Both the position numbers and the translations under genes were made by a program. A stretch of DNA of 64,000 nt from an uncultured Verrucomicrobiota bacterium (GTDB taxonomy: Bacteria; Verrucomicrobiota; Kiritimatiellia; RFP12; UBA1067). Below the pieces are notes generated by a model. It searched no databases. It saw only the letters and a program-made list of their open reading frames with translations, and was not told the origin of the DNA. The stretch lies in the NCBI GenBank assembly GCA_946610035.1, contig CAMOCC010000004.1, positions 3,158-67,157 on the forward strand. Reading direction: 5' to 3'. Every line of letters begins with the position of its first letter. Position 1 is the stretch's first letter. Positions 36,944 to 46,361 of this stretch are shown in pieces.

Positions 36944-39900
36944 ATGAAAATTCTGTCGAACGAGCCAATCGGGAAAGATTTGTTTGAGGGACAATCTCAA
37001 GAACGAATCGCGGATTTGATTTTTAAGAGCTTGGAAGCGGCTCGGAACCCTGGCGATGCTGATGTTCGTATTTCCGGTAATTCAGTTGTGGGGATTGAAG
37101 GTGGTTGGGGATGTGGAAAGAGCAATGTGCTAAAGATATTAGAGACTAAGCTAGATAAGGTGTTGGAAGATAAGAAAAAGGTCTACAGTGTTTTTCTGTA
37201 TGATTTATGGGGAAGGCAGCAGGATTTGCAACGGAAGATCATTCTGCAAGATTTGGCTGCACACTTGAAAAACAAATGCCATATTGATAAGGATAAAGAA
37301 GTACGCGAATTGATTATTAAGAAAACAGAGGTGGGGAAAGAGTTTGTAAAGAAGGGCTTGATTGCGCGATTGCTTCCTGTGGTGTTGAGCGGATTTGTGA
37401 CGGTATTCTTGGCGACGGCGGCATTGAGTAAAGAGGATTGCTGGATGCGAGGTGTCTCGGGATGGTTGGCGCTGAGTGTTGGAGTTGTTGTTTGTGTTTG
37501 TGGGTTGGTGGGAGTTTTGAAATATAAAGATGATGCGTTTGCTGCCATTACGGAGTTCTTGGGCAACATGTTGCTGATTAAGACGAATGGGGCAGAATTG
37601 CCACGTATGATGTATGAGCACCAATACAGCGTAACGGTTTCAGACTTCTCAAAATTATTGACGGAAATCGCAAACGAGTTAGTGGCGAAGGGAAAACATC
37701 TAGTTGTTGTGTTTGATAACATCGATCGGCTGCCAATTGACAAGGTGAAGGAGTTTCTGTCGTCTGCTCATATTTTGTTTGCAGAGCGAAAGGAGACGAT
37801 GTTGACAAATATTCATATCATTATCCCGTTTGATAGAAATAGAATTCTTGCTGCGTTTGAAGGGCAAGATGGTAATGATTATATTAACAAGACATTTGAT
37901 GTGGTCTATCGGGTGGCACCTCCTATCCTAAAGGACTGGGAAAAGTTCTTTCTGGAGATGTATAAAGAGGCAACTGATGATGAACCAGCTCTGCTTGAAC
38001 AGCGTCTTGAAGTTCAAGATGTTTTCAATGTCTTGTCATCATCCCGAGATTTAACGCCGCGGGCAATCATTGCATTTTTGAATTCGATTACGGCTTCTCA
38101 TAATGTTCTTGGAGATAGTGTGCCTATAAAGGCAATTGCGGTGTATGAGCTTGCCTGGAAGCCGTATGAGCAGAAGATGGTTCTTGATAAGGATGAGGCA
38201 AGCAAACCTGAAGCATCGGAACTTAATGAAACGCGGATTAGAAAAGGGTTGTTTATTCCGAATAAGTTGCTTCGAACAAAATATTTGGGCGATGAGAACT
38301 GGCAGAAATGGATGGCTGCTATTGTATTTCAAGTTGAGGCGACACGAGCTGGGGAGATTCTAAATTATAATTTGTTACAGGATGCATTGGAGAATGGCAA
38401 GAGTGATGTTGTTTCGACGATGAGCGATTTGTCGAGTTTTCGGTTGCTGTTTGACAGGGCGCTTAAGGCGGTCCGTAATCCGCAAAATATCCCTACGGCA
38501 ATTCATGACGTGATTGGAGACAATAAGGAGTGGTGCTGGGACAGAGTGAATGAAGTTCGAGGTGCGGATATCGCAGCCGTGAGGAGTTTGTTTCCCGATT
38601 TAGACGAGTGGCATAAGGATATGCTAAAGAATGTAAGTGATTGGCATGGGTATGCGAGTGTTCTTTTGCAGCGAAACAAGCCAATTAAAGAACGAGGTGT
38701 AACTAAGGTCTTGTTTGCGCAAGCCCGTAATGTTGATGATGTTCTGAAAGAGGTTGGACGATCATTGGTCGGGGCGTTTCCGGCTGAAGATGTTGAGCCA
38801 GCACAGTATCTTGAATTGTTGAATGAGGCAAAGGAGCGAGCGTGTGTGCTTGGTTGGAAGTGTGGTGTTGGACAATTTGACAAGTATGTTGTCGGATTGA
38901 TGCAGGCTGGTGGCGGTGGGGCGGCTGGAGCAGCATATGTTCCTGATGATATGATCCCTGGGATGACGCAAACAAAGCAAGCGTTTGAGGGTGTCAGACA
39001 AGTTGGAGATCCCCATGTCACTAATGTAGATTCCGTATTAAAGGTTATAGAACATTTAAGCGAAGGGCGAATCAAGACGGCTCTTGAAAGTCCTTATGTA
39101 TCTGAGTTTGTCAGAGGAAGGCATGTGGCGGATGAGGAGCGTTGTCGTGCGGTTGCCGCGGCTATACGTGGTGGCGTGAGCGTGGAGAATGGTGTGCCAT
39201 TGTTCGAATTCCTGACTGATACAAAGTCAATTCAGCATGCAAAACAATTGGCTGATTTTTTCACCAAATATGTTAGCGAGGAGACATTGCTTGAAAAATT
39301 GGCGGCTAATGCACATTATCCTGTTTATGTGGAGGCGACGAAGCTTCTGTTAATGAAATCAAGGGCAAAGCTGGATCAAAGCAAAGTCGAGATGCTTCTT
39401 GAAGTTTTTGGGATGGCAGTTCAAACGCTTGGCATTGATCCGCAAATTTTGTTGGAACGAATGCCGGAGCTTCCGAAGATTGAGACGGCGAAGCATGAAA
39501 AGTGTTTTAATCATCAGACATTGTCTCAGTTAAAGAAGTGTGGTGGTTCAGTGTGGAATTTCGCGGTCCAATCGGTTAAGGCGAATTTTGACGCCTTTGA
39601 TAAAAATACTTGGATCACGAAATTATCCTCTCCGACTCCGCGATGGACTCCTCGGGCGGCTGTGGATGTCGATTATGCTTGGACTCCCTTGGCTTTAGAA
39701 AGCGCAAAAGATGTTTTGTGCATGGTTGCTACTGGCAAGATCCAAGATGACAAGCTCCCCTCTTCGGAGACGTGGAGCATGATAGTTAGTGATTTTGAAA
39801 GTAAACATGTTGGCGTAGGGGAATGGTTCAAAGATGTAAAAGACCAAATAATTGCCTTCTCTGGCACTATAACAGCTAAGGCATTTGCCTTCCTTGCTCC

Positions 39901-40150
39901 ATGGCTGTTTAAATATGCTTCGTTTGGAGTGAATAAAGATGAGTTGCGTAAGTTGCTTCCTGACGCGACTGTTCGCAAGAACGAAGCTTGCAAGAAGATT
40001 ATGGCAGAGAATAAGGACGCCGTGATGCAAATGTTTAACAAGGGCGATGCGGCAACGCAAGATGCTTTTAGGGCATATGTCACTGCGGAACTTAATGCTC
40101 ATCCTGATTCTCCCTTGTCGGTATTTAAAGAATTCTTGGGCGGCAAATAA
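36944..40150 (+). CDS. KAP-family P-loop NTPase with two TM helices inserted in the NTPase domain; long uncharacterised C-terminal region
   Basis: Walker A GIEGGWGCGKSN; TM pair ..LLPVVLSGFVTVFLATAAL.. / ..WLALSVGVVVCVCGLVGVL..; Walker B LVVVFDNIDRL. Confidence 0.8.
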   Translation: MKILSNEPIGKDLFEGQSQERIADLIFKSLEAARNPGDADVRISGNSVVGIEGGWGCGKSNVLKILETKLDKVLEDKKKVYSVFLYDLWGRQQDLQRKIILQDLAAHLKNKCHIDKDKEVRELIIKKTEVGKEFVKKGLIARLLPVVLSGFVTVFLATAALSKEDCWMRGVSGWLALSVGVVVCVCGLVGVLKYKDDAFAAITEFLGNMLLIKTNGAELPRMMYEHQYSVTVSDFSKLLTEIANELVAKGKHLVVVFDNIDRLPIDKVKEFLSSAHILFAERKETMLTNIHIIIPFDRNRILAAFEGQDGNDYINKTFDVVYRVAPPILKDWEKFFLEMYKEATDDEPALLEQRLEVQDVFNVLSSSRDLTPRAIIAFLNSITASHNVLGDSVPIKAIAVYELAWKPYEQKMVLDKDEASKPEASELNETRIRKGLFIPNKLLRTKYLGDENWQKWMAAIVFQVEATRAGEILNYNLLQDALENGKSDVVSTMSDLSSFRLLFDRALKAVRNPQNIPTAIHDVIGDNKEWCWDRVNEVRGADIAAVRSLFPDLDEWHKDMLKNVSDWHGYASVLLQRNKPIKERGVTKVLFAQARNVDDVLKEVGRSLVGAFPAEDVEPAQYLELLNEAKERACVLGWKCGVGQFDKYVVGLMQAGGGGAAGAAYVPDDMIPGMTQTKQAFEGVRQVGDPHVTNVDSVLKVIEHLSEGRIKTALESPYVSEFVRGRHVADEERCRAVAAAIRGGVSVENGVPLFEFLTDTKSIQHAKQLADFFTKYVSEETLLEKLAANAHYPVYVEATKLLLMKSRAKLDQSKVEMLLEVFGMAVQTLGIDPQILLERMPELPKIETAKHEKCFNHQTLSQLKKCGGSVWNFAVQSVKANFDAFDKNTWITKLSSPTPRWTPRAAVDVDYAWTPLALESAKDVLCMVATGKIQDDKLPSSETWSMIVSDFESKHVGVGEWFKDVKDQIIAFSGTITAKAFAFLAPWLFKYASFGVNKDELRKLLPDATVRKNEACKKIMAENKDAVMQMFNKGDAATQDAFRAYVTAELNAHPDSPLSVFKEFLGGK

Positions 40151-40171
40151 CTCAAAAGTAGGGAGGGGAGT

Positions 40172-41821
40172 ATGTCCGAACGTATTCAGATGATAACACA
40201 TTGGAAGGTGGTGAACCTTATCAATGAACTCGAAAACGGAAATCTGCGCATTCCGCGGTTTCAGCGGGCCTATGTGTGGGAGCCATCCAAGGTCGTCAAA
40301 TTACTGAACAGCATGTACAAGGAATATCCAATCGGGACATTCTTCCTTTGGGAAACGGATAGAGGCATGGAATGCTTTTGCCGAAAGGTTCCGCATTTGG
40401 ATCTTCCTGACAGGCCCGAAGCGGGAAGGTTCTCGTTTATTCTTGATGGCCAGCAGAGAATTACGTCTCTCTACGTTGGGCTTAAGGGCAAAGTCATTGA
40501 GACGAGGGACTATTCAAAGATTTGTTTCAATCTCGACAAAAAGGAATTCAGGATTCCTCGTCCTCGGCCTGAGGCGGGAGACATTCCTGTCTATAAACTA
40601 TATGACGCAACGGAATCCCAGAAACTCGTTGCAGAATACAGTACAACCGGACGAGCCAGTGATGTTCCCGAAATTATCAATTGCAGTACATTGCTGCGAC
40701 AATATCCGTTGAGCGTAATCAAGTCTCTCAACATGACGCTCGATGAAGTTGTGGAAATCTTCGAGCGCATCAATCAGGGCGGCAAGCGATTGTCGCTTTT
40801 TGATCTTGTCCATGCTTCGGTTTGGTCTGAGGATTTCGATCTGCGGGAGAAGATAGAGGAAGTCAATGCCGAACCCGCGATTAAGCTTTTCGGCGAAATC
40901 GGCGCGGAGATTTTCACGCAATCGCTTGCGCTGAATATTTCAAATGATTGCACAAACCGACATCAGTTGGAGTTGACCAATCAGGATTGCCGCACACATT
41001 GGAAGCGCACGGTGGAGTGTATCAGGCTCGCCGTTGATTTCATAAAGAACTTCGGCGTTCAGCAAATGGCGATTATCCCATATCCTAGTTTGTTGGCAAT
41101 CGTCCAGCACTACTTCTTTGTGGCGGATAAGGATGTGATTGTACAAGATGACAAGGCGTTGATTTCTGATTGGTTCTGGACAGCGACGTTCTCGCAGCGG
41201 TATTCGAGCTCGACTTTGTCGCGGATGAACGAGGACGCCGTTTGGATACGAGACCTCATCGGCGGGAATAAGACACCGCGTGTCTTCGCGGTTAAACTGA
41301 CCCTGTCCGATTTGCGCAAGGCGCGGATGAATCAGCGTTCTGTGATTAAGAATGGCGTATTGTGCATAATGGCTATGAATGCGCCGGTTGATTTTGACAA
41401 TGGCGATGTTGTTACGTTAGATAAGACGAATGCTTCGCGTGCGAACTCCAAGGAGAACCATCACTTCTTCCCGTATTCGCTTTATGGAGAATTCGCGCTC
41501 ACGAAGAACGACATCAATTCTGTCTTGAACTTTGCATTCATTTCAAAGAGACTTAATGGCGAAATTCTCAACAAGAAACCATCGGTGTATTTGGCCAAAT
41601 ATGAGGCGGCCAATCCTCGGATCGGTGATAATCTGATGCTTCATTACATTACGTCAGATGCATTTGCTGCGGCGAAGCGCGATGACTTCGAAACCTTTGT
41701 CAGCATTCGCGGCACAAGCTTATTAAACAAGATAGAGGAGCTTTGTCGCGTGAATGACAATGTTGAGACTCTTTCTGCCGCAACGATTGATGTGGACGAT
41801 GATGCGGACGAGGAATCATAA
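40172..41821 (+). CDS. DUF262 (ParB-like NTPase) protein with C-terminal His-Me/HNH-like module (GmrSD-family, type IV restriction-like)
   Basis: LRIPRFQRAYVWEPSKVVKLLNSMYKEYPIGTFFLW (DUF262); C-terminal ..KENHHFFPYS...NSVLNFAFISKRLNGEILNKKP. Confidence 0.75.
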   Translation: MSERIQMITHWKVVNLINELENGNLRIPRFQRAYVWEPSKVVKLLNSMYKEYPIGTFFLWETDRGMECFCRKVPHLDLPDRPEAGRFSFILDGQQRITSLYVGLKGKVIETRDYSKICFNLDKKEFRIPRPRPEAGDIPVYKLYDATESQKLVAEYSTTGRASDVPEIINCSTLLRQYPLSVIKSLNMTLDEVVEIFERINQGGKRLSLFDLVHASVWSEDFDLREKIEEVNAEPAIKLFGEIGAEIFTQSLALNISNDCTNRHQLELTNQDCRTHWKRTVECIRLAVDFIKNFGVQQMAIIPYPSLLAIVQHYFFVADKDVIVQDDKALISDWFWTATFSQRYSSSTLSRMNEDAVWIRDLIGGNKTPRVFAVKLTLSDLRKARMNQRSVIKNGVLCIMAMNAPVDFDNGDVVTLDKTNASRANSKENHHFFPYSLYGEFALTKNDINSVLNFAFISKRLNGEILNKKPSVYLAKYEAANPRIGDNLMLHYITSDAFAAAKRDDFETFVSIRGTSLLNKIEELCRVNDNVETLSAATIDVDDDADEES

Positions 41822-41833
41822 ATATTTTGGCAT

Positions 41834-42145
41834 ATGGCAGACAGAGATGACATATTAAAGGAGCGGCAAGAGCAGGAGTATCTTGGCATCTGGTGGATTC
41901 CCGGTGACGACGCCGAGCAGCGCAATGTCTCTGGGGTCATGCGAATTGCCGAGGGCGAAAAACTGGATCTGTAACTCTTGGGCACCTTTTCGCCGGGCGA
42001 AAGGCAATTTGCCTTTGAGAATTATCCTGTCGTCAATGGCGCAAGTCATGGGTTAAAGCGATTTACAATGTTCGATGTGTCGGTTGTGGGTCGGGAATCT
42101 AACGGATCGGAACCTGCAGAATTGGACGAAACCAAGCTTTGGTGA
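41834..42145 (+). pseudogene. Remnant of an ApeA-like N-terminal domain gene, interrupted by an in-frame TAA (41972-41974) and truncated
   Basis: Own translation: ..YLGIWWIPGDDAEQRNVSGVMRIAEGEKLDL*LLGTFSPGE..YPVVNGASHGLKRFTMFDVSVVG..; the pattern resembles ApeA-type NTDs; no HEPN part follows. Confidence 0.35.
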
Positions 42146-42148
42146 ATA

Positions 42149-42412
42149 TTGACCAAACCAACCGCGGCTAATGTCTTGAGGATGTATTCACTCTTTGGCT
42201 TGGATCAAAGTTTCTCACGGCTGCAAGTGGTCAAGGAAATGCCCATGAAGCGTGCTGCTGCATGGAAGTTTCTCGCGAAGCTGCACAAACTCGGTTTGAC
42301 GGAGCCAGTGCTAGGTGAGGGACGTGGGCATAACGGCATCACAAGGGTCGCGCCCTGGCGCAAGGCCGGGGGCGGCCTTGCCACATCATGCGGCGCGGTA
42401 AAAAAAACGTAA
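42149..42412 (+). pseudogene. Probable orphan winged-helix C-terminal fragment
   Basis: ..FSRLQVVKEMPMKRAAAWKFLAKLHKLGLTEPVLGEGRG.. looks like the wHTH tail of larger regulatory or defence ATPases; TTG start, no SD, ends in A8/A10 runs. Confidence 0.25.
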
Positions 42413-42705
42413 AAAAAAAACGTAGTGACTTTTCGTCCGAATTATGGTTTACTATGTGACATATCGCGAGGAATTGTGTAACCTTTTCCGCGCGATGTGT
42501 ATACAGGGCAGAAACGGCTTCGACGCATACAACAGGAGGCAAGACCATGTCTGTCAATCTAGACAGTGCGCAGTTCAGGCAGTTCGTGCAGTTCGCCGAA
42601 CGCCAGGCAAACCCCGCTAACAGCGAAGCTCACGGACGTCCATTTCGGACAGACCGTCGAAGCGCCCGTGTTGAAAGACAAGGTCAACGTAGGCTACGTC
42701 AGAGT

Positions 42706-43167
42706 ATGATGAAGAGATTGGTGTTCATCGTCGCTGCGGCGACGGCGTGTGTGCTGCTGTCCGTCCTGCGGCAGGGGGAGGTCCGGGAGGCGCCCGCGGC
42801 GACGGCGGAGGAGCGCGGCGGCGCGTCCGCGCCGTGGAAGGCGGGCGGGGCGACATGCTTCTTCGCCGACTTCAGAAGCGGGTCGTGGGTCGAGGGGGAC
42901 GGCGTCGTCAAGAAGGTCCTTCCGGACGACACGACGCCGCCATGTCATCAGCGGCTGCTGGTGGCCGACCCGACGGGGCGCACCGTTCTCATCGCCCACA
43001 ACATCGATTCGTGGGGGTGCTTGAAGGACGTGAAGGCGGGCGACAGGGTCGCCTTCAGGGGCGAGTTCATCGACAACGAGCGGGGCGGAGTCGTCCATTG
43101 GACGCATCCCGATCCGCGCGGACGCAAGCCCGGCGGCGGCGGGTGGCTCAGGAAGGTCGGCCGATAA
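42706..43167 (+). CDS. DUF3465-family secreted protein
   Basis: Signal-anchor MMKRLVFIVAAATACVLL; ..CHQRLLVADPTGRTVLIAHNID....GDRVAFRGEFIDNERGGVVHWTH. Confidence 0.65.
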   Translation: MMKRLVFIVAAATACVLLSVLRQGEVREAPAATAEERGGASAPWKAGGATCFFADFRSGSWVEGDGVVKKVLPDDTTPPCHQRLLVADPTGRTVLIAHNIDSWGCLKDVKAGDRVAFRGEFIDNERGGVVHWTHPDPRGRKPGGGGWLRKVGR

Positions 43168-43200
43168 CTTGCGCCGCGTCCGCCATAAGCGATGAAAATA

Positions 43201-43209
43201 TGGTATAAT
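43201..43209 (+). promoter_or_regulatory. Extended -10 promoter TGgTATAAT, 10 nt before the hisS ATG
   Basis: Exact TGnTATAAT; no SD in the gap. Confidence 0.5.
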
Positions 43210-43219
43210 ATTCGTCAAT

Positions 43220-44449
43220 ATGGCAGAAAAAGTTTCATTCGAGGCGCCACGTGGCATGCGGGACTTCTATCCCGAGGACATGAAGTGGCGGAACAAGGTG
43301 TTCGATGCATTCCGCGCGGCGGGCGAAGCGGCGGGCTTCGACCCCTACGACGCGTGCGTCGTCGAGAGCTACGAGCTTCTTGCGCGCAAGGCCGGCGAGG
43401 AGGTCGGTGAGCAGATATACCACTTCCTCGACAAGTCCGAACGCCACCTCGCGTTGCGCGCGGAGATGACGCCCACGCTCGCGCGCATGGTCGCGCAAAG
43501 GCAGAAGGAGCTTGCGTTCCCGCTCAAGTGGACGACGATTGCGCAGTGCTTTCGCTACGAGCGCATGACGAAGGGCAGGAAGCGAGAGCACTACCAGTGG
43601 AACATGGACATCATCGGCGAGGAGTCGGTCCTTGCGGAGGTCGAGGTCCTCGGCGCGGCGGTGGACGCCCTGAGGCGCATGGGCCTCACGACGGCGGACT
43701 TCAAGGTCCACGTGAGTTCGCGCAAGTTCCTCGGCGAGCTTCTCGCCGCGAGCGGCATAGCCCCGGAGAGGCACGCGCAGGTGTTCCTCGCCCTCGACAA
43801 GCGCGGCAAGATGCCTGATGCGGAGATCGCCGCGATGCTGAAGGACGGGGGCCTTTCCGACGGCGAGGTTGAGGCGACGTTCGGGATCATGGAGACGAAG
43901 TCCTGCGAGGGCTCGCCCGAGCTCGTCGAGCTCTTCCGCCTTGCGGAGGTCGCGGGCTTCGCCGACGCGCTCGTCTTCGACATCGGCGTCATACGCGGGC
44001 TCAGCTACTACACGGGAGTCGTCTTCGAATGCTTCGACACGGCAGGGGAGTTCCGCGCCATCTTCGGCGGCGGCAGGTACGACAACCTCCTCACTACGAT
44101 AGGCGGCGAGCCGGCGACGGCGGTGGGCCTCGGCTTCGGCGACGTCGTCGTGACCGAGCTTCTGAAGTCGCGCCTCGGGGCGGACGCCGCATGCGCCAAG
44201 AGGGGCGTGGCCGTCGGGTTCATGTTCCCGGAGCAGAGGGACGCCGCGGTGAAGCTCGCGGCAAGGCTTCGCGCGGAGGGTGAGCGGGTGGACCTCGCGC
44301 TGCGTCCGCAGAAGCCGAAGAAGTTCTTCTCGCACGCGGACTCCACGAACGCCGCGAAGGCGGTGTTCCTCGGTCCGGACGACGTGGCGAGGGGGTCAGC
44401 AAGGCTCAAGGACATGACCGAAAGGACCGAAAAGGACATATGCCTCTAG
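43220..44449 (+). CDS. hisS: Histidine--tRNA ligase
   Basis: ..PRGMRDFYPED.., class II motifs (..RYERMTKGRKREHYQ.., ..GGGRYDNL..), anticodon-binding C-terminus. Confidence 0.95.
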   Translation: MAEKVSFEAPRGMRDFYPEDMKWRNKVFDAFRAAGEAAGFDPYDACVVESYELLARKAGEEVGEQIYHFLDKSERHLALRAEMTPTLARMVAQRQKELAFPLKWTTIAQCFRYERMTKGRKREHYQWNMDIIGEESVLAEVEVLGAAVDALRRMGLTTADFKVHVSSRKFLGELLAASGIAPERHAQVFLALDKRGKMPDAEIAAMLKDGGLSDGEVEATFGIMETKSCEGSPELVELFRLAEVAGFADALVFDIGVIRGLSYYTGVVFECFDTAGEFRAIFGGGRYDNLLTTIGGEPATAVGLGFGDVVVTELLKSRLGADAACAKRGVAVGFMFPEQRDAAVKLAARLRAEGERVDLALRPQKPKKFFSHADSTNAAKAVFLGPDDVARGSARLKDMTERTEKDICL

Positions 44450-44931
44450 ATCCCGTACTTGCCGCTCTGACGTCCCGCTTCAGCAGGGTTCGCACTGGCC
44501 TCGCCGTTGGATTCGACGGCGAGGGGGCCATGAACGAATTCAAGGCGCGGTGCGGCGGCGTATGGGCGGCTGCGTCGGGGACGGAGGAGCTTCCGTTCGA
44601 GGACCGCCAGTTCGAGGTCGTCGTCCTGGAGCGCCGCTCGGTCGGCCGCGACTGCGTCCACGAGGCGCACCGCGTCCTCAAGCCGGACGGCTGCCTCTTC
44701 TTCACCGTGCCGGAGCGCACGGGCAAGCAGGAGGGCTTCACCCCTCCGGAGATATACAAGGTTGTCCGCGAGGGCTTCGACATCATCGAGCTCAAGCGTC
44801 CGAAGTGGTGGACGTTCGGCCGCTGCGGACACACGATCACCGTCTGTGCGCGAAAGAAGGCGTGGCGCGAGCACAGGGGGCTGTTCACCGAGGGGTCGCT
44901 TCCCTTCACGCCTTTCAGGGAGAGAACATGA
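44440..44931 (+). CDS. Small class I SAM-methyltransferase-like protein (degenerate motif I)
   Basis: ..FEVVVLE......EAHRVLKPDGCLFFTVPE.. Methyltransf_11-like core. Confidence 0.55.
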   Translation: MPLDPVLAALTSRFSRVRTGLAVGFDGEGAMNEFKARCGGVWAAASGTEELPFEDRQFEVVVLERRSVGRDCVHEAHRVLKPDGCLFFTVPERTGKQEGFTPPEIYKVVREGFDIIELKRPKWWTFGRCGHTITVCARKKAWREHRGLFTEGSLPFTPFRERT

Positions 44932-46361
44932 AAAAGACGCTTTTTGCCCTAGCCGCGGCGATTGCGGCGTCCGTCGCGCTTCATGCGGCGGAGGACTCCA
45001 AGGACCTCCTCCTCCAGCTCTTCAACGCGCGCCTTGCGGAGAATCCGCGGCGCTTCGCCGAGGCTGCGCGCGAGGTCGCGGACGATGCGCAGGGCGGCAT
45101 GGCGCTCCAGCAGTTCGCTATCGCCCTCGTCGCCGACTGGCCGGACATGCCGGCCGACGTCCTCGAGGACCTTCCCGAAGAGACGCTTGCGCGCTACCGC
45201 GCGAACCGCTCGAAGATAGAGCTCGCCGCAAAGAACAGGGGCAATCCCTTCGCCTGGTACATGCTAGCTCTGGACGCGAAGGACCATGCGGACGCCATAC
45301 GCTGCCTCAGGAAGGCCGTCGAGCGGAACAACGAGCAGGCGCTGAACGAGCTCGGCATCCGCCTCGTCACGTCCGCGAACGCCGCGCTCGGAGCCGCCTA
45401 CGACGAACTGAACCGCCTTGCGGAGTCGGGCGCCGGGGCGGAGGCGCTCAAGGCCGCGCGCGGAAAGGCGGCGTCCGCCAAGAACCGCTTCGCCGCCGCC
45501 CAGCGCGAGGCGACGGGGTACTTCCGCAGGGCGGCGGACAAGGCGGACGCGAACGGCTGCTACAACTACGGCATGAGCCTCCTGAAGGGACGCGGCTGCA
45601 AGCCTGACACCGCGAGGGGGCTCGAGTTCCTGCGCCTTGCGGCGAAGGACGGCCAGCCGCAGGCGATGAGCGCCGTCGGCGAGTGCTACCGCGACGGCGT
45701 CGGATGCGCGCGCGACCCGGTCGCGGCGGCGGCGTCCTTCAAGCAGAGCTGCGACCTCGGCAATCCGAACGGACAGCTCGGCTACGCGCTAGCGCTCCTC
45801 GTGGGGGACGGCGTCGAGGCGGACCAGAAGGCGGCTGTCGCGCTTCTCAGGAAGGCGGCGGACAGGCGGATCGTCGAGGCGATGCGCATCTACGCGAAGT
45901 GCCTCCTTGACGGAGTCGGATTCGATGTCGAGAAGACGGACGGTCTCGTCTCCCCCAAGCTCGACGAGGCCCTTGAGCGCAACAAGTCCGCCGCCGCCAA
46001 GCGCGACCACGAGGCCGTCGCATGGCTCAACCACTGCGCCAGCGTACTCTACGACGCTCCGTCCATGACGCTCCTCGCGGACTGCATGAGGGACGGGCGC
46101 GGCGTAGACAGGCGCGAGGCGGCGGCGGTCTACTGGTACTACCGCGCCGCGATGGGGCACGGCTATGCGCCTGCGATGGTAAAGCTCGCTGAATGCTGCG
46201 AGGAGGGGCTTGGCGGACTCGTCAAGAGCCACGAGGACGCCTTGTGGTGGCGCACAAAGGCGCGCGCCGTGGAGGGCGACCGCATGGCGGGGATATGGCT
46301 TTCAAGCCACGAGCCCGGACGCTTCGACAAGCTCCCCGACGGGGTATGGAAGGGAAGATGA
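44928..46361 (+). CDS. Sel1-repeat (TPR-like) secreted protein
   Basis: Signal peptide MKKTLFALAAAIAASVALHA; repeated ..A..WY.KAA..G...A...LG.CY..G.G motifs. Confidence 0.8.
   Translation: MKKTLFALAAAIAASVALHAAEDSKDLLLQLFNARLAENPRRFAEAAREVADDAQGGMALQQFAIALVADWPDMPADVLEDLPEETLARYRANRSKIELAAKNRGNPFAWYMLALDAKDHADAIRCLRKAVERNNEQALNELGIRLVTSANAALGAAYDELNRLAESGAGAEALKAARGKAASAKNRFAAAQREATGYFRRAADKADANGCYNYGMSLLKGRGCKPDTARGLEFLRLAAKDGQPQAMSAVGECYRDGVGCARDPVAAAASFKQSCDLGNPNGQLGYALALLVGDGVEADQKAAVALLRKAADRRIVEAMRIYAKCLLDGVGFDVEKTDGLVSPKLDEALERNKSAAAKRDHEAVAWLNHCASVLYDAPSMTLLADCMRDGRGVDRREAAAVYWYYRAAMGHGYAPAMVKLAECCEEGLGGLVKSHEDALWWRTKARAVEGDRMAGIWLSSHEPGRFDKLPDGVWKGR

Noticed and set aside
42400-42420. 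A8 and A10 runs (AAAAAAAACGT AAAAAAAAAACGT) as a possible phase-variation switch or poly-A retroelement tail
   Set aside because: They sit at the end of a decayed gene fragment, with no intact ORF whose frame they could toggle and no reverse-transcriptase or target-site duplication evidence. Recorded only as part of the degraded border.
30406-42546. Calling the AT-rich insert a mobile element (genomic island, ICE or prophage)
   Set aside because: No integrase, transposase, flanking direct repeats or adjacent tRNA could be found by eye. Horizontal origin is suggested only by composition and remnant genes, so it is described as an insert, not annotated as a mobile element.
42547-42705. Longer start for the DUF3465 gene at 42547
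   Set aside because: The first 53 aa are Arg/Gln-rich with no signal peptide, whereas the internal MMKRLVFIVAAATACVLL at 42706 gives the signal-anchor expected for this family. The upstream part may be residual sequence from the island border.
44550-44927. Upstream in-frame extensions of several ORF-track entries (44550, 46193, 47580, 15601, 20175, 54104, 57371, 59708)
   Set aside because: The extensions overlap the preceding gene in another frame and are Arg/Pro-rich. Internal ATGs with signal peptides, conserved N-termini and ATGA/GTGA coupling to the upstream stop give better gene models.
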